In this document: in pieces, positions 1-10,150 of the stretch
Numbering within the stretch: position 1 is the stretch's first letter
How the letters are laid out: every line of letters begins with the position of its first letter
Assembly: GCA_036172245.1 (NCBI GenBank)
Contig: JAYWIR010000078.1
Span: forward strand, 1-64,000
DNA from: Raillietiella orientalis
Lineage: Eukaryota
Direction: 5' to 3'
Length of the DNA stretch: 64,000 nt
Notes under the pieces: model-generated
Seen by the model: the letters and a program-made list of their open reading frames with translations, nothing else
What the model was told of the DNA's origin: nothing
Databases searched by the model: none
Program-made: the position numbers and the translations under genes

Positions 1-3000
1 GAGCGTTCCAAATGAAGGCAACCGCCTACCTGGTCGACCGGGAAGCCTTCCTTTTCCTCTTAGCAGGGAGGGATGCACTCTGTCTGTGCTGCTTCCATTG
101 GAGGGTGGACGTTTTTTTTTTTTTGTCCTTTTTTTTTTTTTCCTCTTCCTTCTTGCTTGGCTTTTCCGCTACCTGGAAATTTTATGAGTAACGAAGTTGC
201 ATGGAAAACATGCCCGTTGCAGCCCTTAGCGCAAGGATACTACTTTTTGAGGATAGCGACCGTAAAAATATTGCGATCTGCAACGTGGATTCGGGGACAT
301 GGGAAGTACATGAGGGATGTTCTTTACCGAACGTTACTTGGGGGATGGATTGCTCCATGAGAGCGGCGTGTGCGGAAACCGGTGGTCGGGGTGGTTACAG
401 GAATGGTTGAGGAAGAGACTCGAGCGTTCCAAATGAGGCGAACCGCCTACCTGGTCGACCGGGAAGCTGTCCTTTCCCTCTCAGCAGGGAGGGGTTGCAC
501 TCTGTGTGTGCTGCTTCCATTGGAGGGTGGACGTTTTTTTTTTTTGTGTCCTTTTTTTTTTTCTCCTCTTCCTTTTTGGTTGCTTTGCACCGCTACCTGG
601 AAATTGCATGAGTAACGAAGTTGCATGGATAACATGCCCGTTGCAGCCCTTAGCGCAAGGATACTACTTTTTGAGGATAGCGACCGTAAAAATATTGCGA
701 TCTGCAACGTGGATTCGGGGACATGGGAAGTACATGAGGGATGTTCTTTACCGAACGTTACTTGGGGGATGGATTGCTCCCTGAGAGCCGCGTGTGCGGA
801 AACCGGTGGTCGAAGTGGTTACAGGGATGATTACAGCAGAGACTCGAGCGTTCCAAATGAGGGCAACCGCCTACCTGGTCGACCGGGAAGCCGTCCTTTT
901 CCTCTCAGCAGGGAGGGATGCACTCTGTGTGTGCTGCTTCCATTGGAGGGTGGACGTTTTTTTTTTTTGTGTCCTTTTTTTTTTTCTCCTCTTCCTTTTT
1001 GGTTGCTTTGCACCGCTACCTGGAAATTGCATGAGTAACGAAGTTGCATGGATAACATGCCCGTTGCAGCCCTTAGCGCAAGGATACTACTTTTTGAGGA
1101 TATCGACCGTAAAAATATTGCGATCTGCAACGTGGATTCGGGGACATGGGAAGTACATGAGGGATGTTCTTTACCGAACGTTACTTGGGGGATGGATTGC
1201 TCCATGAGAGCGGCGTGTGCGGAAACCGGTGGTCGGGGTGGTTACAGGAATGGTTGAGGAAGAGACTCGAGCGTTCCAAATGAGGCGAACCGCCTACCTG
1301 GTCGACCGGGAAGCTGTCCTTTCCCTCTCAGCAGGGAGGGGTTGCACTCTGTGTGTGCTGCTTCCATTGGAGGGTGGACGTTTTTTTTTTTTGTGTCCTT
1401 TTTTTTTTTCTCCTCTTCCTTTTTGGTTGCTTTGCACCGCTACCTGGAAATTGCATGAGTAACGAAGTTGCATGGATAACATGCCCGTTGCAGCCCTTAG
1501 CGCAAGGATACTACTTTTTGAGGATAGCGACCGTAAAAATATTGCGATCTGCAACGTGGATTCGGGGACATGGGAAGTACATGAGGGATGTTCTTTACCG
1601 AACGTTACTTGGGGGATGGATTGCTCCCTGAGAGCCGCGTGTGCGGAAACCGGTGGTCGAAGTGGTTACAGGGATGATTACAGCAGAGACTCGAGCGTTC
1701 CAAATGAGGGCAACCGCCTACCTGGTCGACCGGGAAGCCGTCCTTTTCCTCTCAGCAGGGAGGGATGCACTGTGTGTGTGCTGCTTCCATTGGAGGGTGG
1801 ACGTTTTTTTTTTTTGTGTCCTTTTTTTTTTTCTCCTCTTCCTTTTTGGTTGCTTTGCACCGCTACCTGGAAATTGCATGAGTAACGAAGTTGCATGGAT
1901 AACATGCCCGTTGCAGCCCTTAGCGCAAGGATACTACTTTTTGAGGATAGCGACCGTAAAAATATTGCGATCTGCAACGTGGATTCGGGGACATGGGAAG
2001 TACATGAGGGATGTTCTTTACCGAACGTTACTTGGGGGATGGATTGCTCCATGAGAGCGGCGTGTGCGGAAACCGGTGGTCGGGGTGGTTACAGGAATGG
2101 TTGAGGAAGAGACTCGAGCGTTCCAAATGAGGCGAACCGCCTACCTGGTCGACCGGGAAGCTGTCCTTTCCCTCTCAGCAGGGAGGGGTTGCACTCTGTG
2201 TGTGCTGCTTCCATTGGAGGGTGGACGTTTTTTTTTTTTGTGTCCTTTTTTTTTTTCTCCTCTTCCTTTTTGGTTGCTTTGCACCGCTACCTGGAAATTG
2301 CATGAGTAACGAAGTTGCATGGATAACATGCCCGTTGCAGCCCTTAGCGCAAGGATACTACTTTTTGAGGATATCGACCGTAAAAATATTGCGATCTGCA
2401 ACGTGGATTCGGGGACATGGGAAGTACATGAGGGATGTTCTTTACCGAACGTTACTTGGGGGATGGATTGCTCCATGAGAGCGGCGTGTGCGGAAACCGG
2501 TGGTCGGGGTGGTTACAGGGATGATTACGGCAGAGACTCGAGCGTTCCAAATGAGGGCAACCGCCTACCTGGTCGACCGGGAAGCTGTCGTTTTCCTCTC
2601 AGCAGGGAGGGGTTGCACTCTGTGTGTGCTGCTTCCATTGGAGGATGGACGTTTTTTTTTTTTGTGTCCTTTTTTTTTTTCTCCTCTTCCTTTTTGGTTT
2701 CTTTGCACCGCTACCTGGAAATTGCATGAGTAACGAAGTTGCATGGATAACATGCCCGTTGCAGCCCTTAGCGCAAGGATACTACTTTTTGAGGATAGCG
2801 ACCGTAAAAATATTGCGATCTGCAACGTGGATTCGGGGACATGGGAAGTACATGAGGGATGTTCTTTACCGAACGTTACTTGGGGGATGGATTGCTCCCT
2901 GAGAGCCGCGTGTGCGGAAACCGGTGGTCGAAGTGGTTACAGGGATGATTACAGCAGAGACTCGAGCGTTCCAAATGAGGGCAACCGCCTACCTGGTCGA

Positions 3001-6000
3001 CCGGGAAGCCGTCCTTTTCCTCTCAGCAGGGAGGGATGCACTGTGTGTGTGCTGCTTCCATTGGAGGGTGGACGTTTTTTTTTTTGTGTCCTTTTTTTTT
3101 TTCTCCTCTTCCTTTTTGGTTGCTTTGCACCGCTACCTGGAAATTGCATGAGTAACGAAGTTGCATGGATAACATGCCCGTTGCAGCCCTTAGCGCAAGG
3201 ATACTACTTTTTGAGGATATCGACCGTAAAAATATTGCGATCTGCAACGTGGATTCGGGGACATGGGAAGTACATGAGGGATGTTCTTTACCGAACGTTA
3301 CTTGGGGGATGGATTGCTCCATGAGAGCGGCGTGTGCGGAAACCGGTGGTCGGGGTGGTTACAGGAATGGTTGAGGAAGAGACTCGAGCGTTCCAAATGA
3401 GGCGAACCGCCTACCTGGTCGACCGGGAAGCTGTCCTTTCCCTCTCAGCAGGGAGGGGTTGCACTCTGTGTGTGCTGCTTCCATTGGAGGGTGGACGTTT
3501 TTTTTTTTTGTGTCCTTTTTTTTTTCTCCTCTTCCTTTTTGGTTGCTTTGCACCGCTACCTGGAAATTGCATGAGTAACGAAGTTGCATGGATAACATGC
3601 CCGTTGCAGCCCTTAGCGCAAGGATACTACTTTTTGAGGATAGCGACCGTAAAAATATTGCGATCTGCAACGTGGATTCGGGGACATGGGAAGTACATGA
3701 GGGATGTTCTTTACCGAACGTTACTTGGGGGATGGATTGCTCCCTGAGAGCCGCGTGTGCGGAAACCGGTGGTCGAAGTGGTTACAGGGATGATTACAGC
3801 AGAGACTCGAGCGTTCCAAATGAGGGCAACCGCCTACCTGGTCGACCGGGAAGCCGTCCTTTTCCTCTCAGCAGGGAGGGATGCACTGTGTGTGTGCTGC
3901 TTCCATTGGAGGGTGGACGTTTTTTTTTTTTGTGTCCTTTTTTTTTTTCTCCTCTTCCTTTTTGCTTGGTCTTTTCCGCTACCTGGAAATTGCATGAGTA
4001 ACGAAGTTGCATGGATAACATGCCCGTTGCAGCCCTTAGCGCAAGGATACTACTTTTTGAGGATAGCGACCGTAAAAATATTGCGATCTGCAACGTGGAT
4101 TCGGGGACATGGGAAGTACATGAGGGATGTTCTTTACCGAACGTTACTTGGGGGATGGATTGCTCCATGAGAGCGGCGTGTGCGGAAACCGGTGGTCGGG
4201 GTGGTTACAGGAATGGTTGAGGAAGAGACTCGAGCGTTCCAAATGAGGCGAACCGCCTACCTGGTCGACCGGGAAGCTGTCCTTTCCCTCTCAGCAGGGA
4301 GGGGTTGCACTCTGTGTGTGCTGCTTCCATTGGAGGGTGGACGTTTTTTTTTGTGTCCTTTTTTTTTTCTCCTCTTCCTTTTTGGTTGCTTTGCACCGCT
4401 ACCTGGAAATTGCATGAGTAACGAAGTTGCATGGATAACATGCCCGTTGCAGCCCTTAGCGCAAGGATACTACTTTTTGAGGATAGCGACCGTAAAAATA
4501 TTGCGATCTGCAACGTGGATTCGGGGACATGGGAAGTACATGAGGGATGTTCTTTACCGAACGTTACTTGGGGGATGGATTGCTCCCTGAGAGCGGCGTG
4601 TGCGGAAACCGGTGGTCGAAGTGGTTACAGGGATGTTGAGGAAGACCGAGCGTTCCAAATGAAGGCAACCGCCTACCTGGTCGACCGGGAAGCCTTCCTT
4701 TCTTAGCAGGGAGGGATGCACTCTGTCTGTGCTGCTTCCATTGGAGGATGGACCTTTTTTTTTTTTTTGTCCTTTTTTTTTTTTTCCTCTTCCTTCTTGC
4801 TTGGCTTTCTCCGCTACCTGGAAATTTTATGAGTAACGAAGTTGCACGGAAAACATGTCCGTTGCAGCCCTTAGCGCAAGGGTACCACTTTTTGAGGATA
4901 GCGATCGTTGAAATATTGCTTTCTTCAACGTGGATTCGGGGACATGGAGAGTACATGAGGGACGTTCTTTACCGAACGTTTCGTGGGGGGATGGATTGCT
5001 CCTTGAGAGCGGCGTGTGCGCAAACCGGTGGTCGGGGTGGTTACAGGGATGGTTGCAGGACAGACACGAGCGTTCCAAATGAAGGCAACCGCCTACCTGG
5101 TCGACCGGGAAGCCTTCCTTTTCCTCTTAGCAGGGAGGGATGCACTCTGTCTGTGCTGCTTCCATTGGAGGATGGACGTTTTTTTTTTTTTGTCCTTTTT
5201 TTTTTTTTTCCTCTTCCTTCTTGCTTGGCTTTCTCCGCTACCTGGAAATTTTATGAGTAACGAAGTTGCACGGAAAACATGTCCGTTGCAGCCCTTAGCG
5301 CAAGGGTACCACTTTTTGAGGATAGCGAACGTCGAAATATTGCTTTCTTCAACGTGGATTCGGGAACAGGGAGAGTACATGAGGGATGTTCTTTACCGAA
5401 CGTTTCGTGGGGAGATGGATTGCTCCTTGAGAGCGGCGTGTGCGTAAACCGGTGGTCGGGGTGGTTCCAGGGATGGTTACAGCAGAGACTCGAGCGTTCC
5501 AAATGAGGGCAACCGCCTACCTGGTCGACCGGGAAGCCGTCCTTTTCCTCTCAGCAGGGAGGGATGCACTGTGTGTGTGCTGCTTCCATTGGAGGGTGGA
5601 CGTTTTTTTTTTGTGTCCTTTTTTTTTTTCTCCTCTTCCTTTTTGGTTGCTTTGCACCGCTACCTGGAAATTGCATGAGTAACGAAGTTGCATGGATAAC
5701 ATGCCCGTTGCAGCCCTTAGCGCAAGGATACTACTTTTTGAGGATAGCGACCGTAAAAATATTGCGATCTGCAACGTGGATTCGGGGACATGGGAAGTAC
5801 ATGAGGGATGTTCTTTACCGAACGTTACTTGGGGGATGGATTGCTCCATGAGAGCGGCGTGAAACCGGTGGTCGGGTGGTTACAGGAATGGTTGAGGAAG
5901 AGACTCGAGCGTTCCAAATGAGGCGAACCGCCTACCTGGTCGACCGGGAAGCTGTCTTCCTCTCAGCAGGGAGGGTTGCACTGTGTGTGTGCTGCTTCCA

Positions 6001-6253
6001 TTGGAGGGTGGACGTTTTTTTTTTGTGTCCTTTTTTTTTTTCTCCTTGGTTGCTTTGCACCGCTACCTGGAAATTGCATGAGTAACGAAGTTGCATGGAT
6101 AACATGCCCGTTGCAGCCCTTAGCGCAAGGATACTACTTTTTGATGATATCGACCGTAAAAATATTGCGATGTGCAACGTGGATTCGGGGACATGGGGAG
6201 TACATGAGGGATGTTCTTTACCGAACGTTTCGTCGGGGGATGGATTGCTCCCA
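1..6253 (+). repeat. ~423-bp tandem satellite array (about 14.8 copies, truncated by window start); left arm of large inverted repeat
   Basis: Motif gagcgttccaaatga recurs at 1, 422, 846, 1269, 1693, 2116, 2540 and onward (period 422-424). Each unit carries two long T tracts separated by gtgtcc. Repeated ORF translations in the track recur with the same period. Confidence 0.97.
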
Positions 6254-7865
6254 TGGAGAACCACGGGTGGGGAAGCCGGTGGCCGGGTCGGTTCGGTAGG
6301 TGGATTTGCAGGATGGTCCGAGGAGTGAGTAGAGTGTTCCCACACATCGTAATGGTTTACCTTGTCGTGCGGCTGCTGTCCTCTGCATGTCACGTTGGAT
6401 GGGCATAGGGTTCAGCAGTTGCGTGCGGTGTTTGCAAAAATTCTGTTTTCCTGATCTCGAAGGCATTGTTCCTCCCTTTAAGGACTTGTGCCCTGTTTCT
6501 TCGCTGCAGTTGTTCCTCCTATTTGCAGCACACTTCCATTCCACGCTGTGAATTTTGTCTGTCGTTAATGAGAAATAATCTGATTGTGGGATATGTGGTT
6601 TCTATGGTTTTTCTTTTTATTTGAGTTTTCAATTGCGCATAATTCTCCGTTTGCTTTTTTAATTGTTGGATTTTAATTTAGTTTCCCTCAGAGAATGGTT
6701 GTTCTGGCAACGACTACTTTGATCATTCGGATTTGACGGAGCTGTTTTTACTGAAGCTGAAAAGGCAGAAAGATTTGACATTAAAGTTGTTATATGGTTT
6801 TCGTGATTTCACTCTTTGTGCTACCACTTTTCGGGATAACTTGCCATTGATCGTTGCAGAAACCGGCGAGGTTCTCTCCAATACCCATAATGGAGGGTAA
6901 AACGAAACAAATATTAACGTAAGAAATTCAAAATTGAGAAGAAGGTGCTGTTTATAGGGATAGGGATGGATCGGGATGAACCTCCGTTCGTCCTGTTCGT
7001 TCCCCTGCATCCTCTTGTGGATGTTGACAAGTGTTGCATTGGAATTTCTCCGGTGGAGTGGTTTTGATGTCCTGTCGAAAAAGATCGTTGTCCAGTGCAT
7101 GGCATCGCTGCTGTTTTTCTTTCTCCTTTTGGCGTTCTACCGTGTCACTTTAGCGCGAACACTGCAGAAAACTGCCAGAGACGCGGCGGGGTCAGTGGAT
7201 CACATCAGTAGAGGCGCCATCTATTGGTTTTATGGTCGCCTGCTCGAAGATTCAGAATGGGCAAGAGTCGATTCGAAAGATCACGGATGGCGACGCAGTG
7301 CAATACGAGATGCGGGAAGGTTTCCCTTTCACCGCTCTCTGCACAACTTGCAACCAAACTCCCTTCTGTCGTGTGGGGGAGGAGCGCTCTGCATAGCATT
7401 CCTCGATGCAGGGAGAAAAGAAACGCCGTCTGTTGCCACTGCATTGTAAGTGTCCCGCTGTTCCAATGTGCCGGGGTCACTCCACCTCCTCTGGTTGTGT
7501 TGCGAGCAGGTCGACCCTGGTGATGAGCTCTTTAGGCGCGACACTCGTGGTCGCAGCGTCCATTACCTGCCGAGCTTTCCACGCCTTCATTCGTTTTTTC
7601 CTGTCTCCAATGAGGCAGGACATTTTTCACGATGCTCGTTCGTTTCTGTCTGCAGCGTTTTGGAGGATCTTGGGGGATGAAGGAGGGCCAAGGCAATTTG
7701 CGTGGGTTGTTTACCATCCACTGCAGGGGCTATCGAGTGTGAGGTTCCTTGTCGGTTGCAGGCGGATTCCGCCTCGCTCGAGCCCTCGTGTTTTCCCCAT
7801 GCGCAACCTGACTCCTGAAGCCAGTTCGCGTGGAGGCAGTAGATTGACGTGTTGTTTTTCATGAG
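6254..7865 (+). repeat. Non-tandem 1.6-kb segment of the left inverted-repeat arm (reverse complement of 41562-43180)
   Basis: ORFs 6976..7449(+) vs 41987..42460(-) and 7450..7680(+) vs 41756..41986(-) are near-identical on opposite strands. Similarity ends at ...tttttcatgag (7865 / 41562). Confidence 0.95.
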
Positions 7866-9183
7866 GAAACCTCGTTTCTATTATGTTTCTTAATCTTTTT
7901 AGTTTTCGCATTCTTAACAATTATACTTAATTGAACTATAGTCTTATGTATAACTGTTGATTTTGTGGATCAAAAATCTAAATCCATAAAAGCAATTGGT
8001 TAAATCATCAAGAATAGATACTCCTTTCGAATCCGACATTAAGATTTTCATAACTTAATTGATGAATAAGATCTAACTATAAGTATGGTATCCCTACAAC
8101 TAGATGTAACTAACTACCGTATCCCGATACCTGATTACGAAGAACCGTGCAAAAAGAGCATAACGCTCTAGTGTATGCATAATAATACATCGTAAGGAAG
8201 TCAGGATAAGCCCTAATTACCTCATTTTACATTTACAGTAGACTTTCGTATAACGCAGATTCGTATAACAAGCGGGGGAAGAAGGCGATAACCCTCGTAG
8301 AACGCGTTAAAACAGTCCTGTGCGTCTCTGCAGGGAGGCGGTCCCCCCCCCCCCGCACTCATTCACTAATTGTCTAGAAGGTACCCTTGTATGTTTATTG
8401 CTTAAATAAACGGCCCGGCATCAACGGGTTCAAACCTGTACGTCTCTGTGGATAAATTTGAATTTTGCGGTGCACAGTTCATTTGTTTCTCAAGAGAGTA
8501 CGAACGCATGATTTAAGTTCGTTGAATGCCACATTATTCACATTTTCGTGGCTAACATAGGTGAAAAATATACATTCTTCAACAACGAGCACGATAAAGC
8601 TGAGGGTATCGAATCGTTTAAATGAATTAAACATTAAGGAGTTTTTTTTGTTTTTTTTAACTCTTTATTTTTTTTTTCCTTTTGCTTTAAAGTGAAATCA
8701 TAAATATGCGACTCTTGTGATGTTTAGGATACATTTTGTATCTTTTATATATACTATCAATTATCCATGTGTACCTTATGGGACTCGGACAACGCAGAAT
8801 TAATCCCCGCGTAATATGAGAGCCTGTGGTACGATGAATAGCAACTTAAGTCACTCTTATGAACAACCATGCTGAGTTAATCCCCAGTAAACAATACATG
8901 CATATTTCTACACTCCACATTATGTCCTGAGTCGGTCATCAAATAAAACTGCATAGCAATCCTTTTGCTTTGCAACTGGTTAGTAAAAATTGAGCAACTG
9001 CGATCATTTATAGTTGCACGAACCATCAGCAGAAATTTTGTGACAAGGAGGGTTGTGATTTTGGAATAGTGGCGTAAATCGTAAATACATTAGAACACAA
9101 GATTGAAAAAACAAACACGGTCCTCGAGAGCTACATTCATAACATCCTCAAAATTGAACTTATGTAGCACATATTTTCCATGA

Positions 9184-9924
9184 GAGTGCGTGGAGAATCG
9201 TGTTCACAAACTTATGCTGCACCAACTTGCAGAAGGATACAGGATTGCTACCAGGTACGTATATTTCGCCCCTTTCGTTTCGTTTCAAATTTCTGCCAGT
9301 CCTCATCATTAACGTTCACCCCTAATCCCAGGAGCGTTTTGTTTGCATATGCTGCCGGCAGTTTCGACATAGTGCACAAAAACAACGTAGCTCTCTTTGC
9401 ATTTACCTGTTGTCACTAAGGTTGACCAAATTGCAACGTAAGCAAAAACAAAAAGCGACCCAGAGGTTTTCTATAGGATCCAAACCAAACATGTTCCAAC
9501 TTACAAACTGCTAAGGAATGCAGTTTCAGAAATGACAACTCACAATATGGTGCTATGACTGGAGAGATCAACTGCTTGATGTTCATTTCCCCCTCAGTTT
9601 AAGACTTACCATCACTAACATTGCTCCACTTTATCTTCCCATCCACACAACCAACTAGTTGTTTAGGGTGAAAAGTACAAGAGATCATCTGTAAAGGAGG
9701 CTGTTACCGAGGTCACTTTCAAATTCTGCAAGTCTGTTGCAAAATAAATTGAGCAAACAAGGACCATGACTGCACTGTTTGAAAATGTACTTTTCTGGAC
9801 ACCAAAAAATTATTTAAAAGAGATGCATTCTTGCTTGCAGGATTATCCCATTCCTGATTCCGATTTCTTTGCAAGAAAACTATTTTCTCACAGAAGTCAA
9901 AACCATTCTGGTTTTGGATACTGA
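9184..9924 (+). CDS. Candidate unidentified multi-exon gene (5' end not resolved)
   Basis: Exons ..9254, 9332-9386, 9421-9437, 9477-9549, 9667-9711, 9754-9786 and 9841-9924 join through GT..AG introns in consistent phase into an open frame (..ECVENRVHKLMLHQLAEGYRIATRSVLFAYAAGSFDIVHK..DYPIPDSDFFARKLFSHRSQNHSGFGY*). No homology recognised; some splice sites are weak. Confidence 0.25.
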
Positions 9925-10150
9925 ATCTGTGTTTCAAAATAAATTTTCACATGAAATCATTCTGATTATAGAATTTATTGGAAAAACCGAACGTTTTGGA
10001 CTCGTTTCAGGTATTTACGCAAATCTAGAAATCATTATTGCAAGTAACATGCTGATAGCTGTCCGAAAATTGTTATAAGAATTGCACTATGCTGCATACC
10101 CTCATTAGCTCATGGGTTGTGAACTCAAATCACAGGTTCAAACAGTGAAT

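Noticed and set aside
370..420. gcggaaaccggtggtcgg (423 unit) and tgtcggccg (644 unit) resemble nematode snRNA/SL-RNA promoter elements
   Set aside because: Spacing does not fit the bipartite motif as I recall it, and no leader plus GT donor plus Sm site, or snRNA body, follows.
770..920. Self-cleaving ribozyme (hammerhead or HDV-like) in the satellite monomers
   Set aside because: No CUGANGA..GAAA core with stems, nor a complete HDV fold, found by eye in either monomer. A covariance-model search would be needed to exclude it fully.
1..6253. CRISPR-like or rDNA-spacer interpretation of the arrays
   Set aside because: No short repeat with unique spacers, the context is eukaryotic, and no rRNA sequence is recognisable in the window.
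73..6408. Dozens of 60-190 aa ORFs in the 423-bp arrays (also 43.1-51 kb) and the 644-bp array
   Set aside because: They are repeated translations of satellite monomers, frameshifted by T-tract length changes, with no recognisable domain. Not called as genes.
8410..8445. B-box-like gggttcaaacc suggesting a tRNA or SINE
   Set aside because: No A-box or cloverleaf can be built around it.
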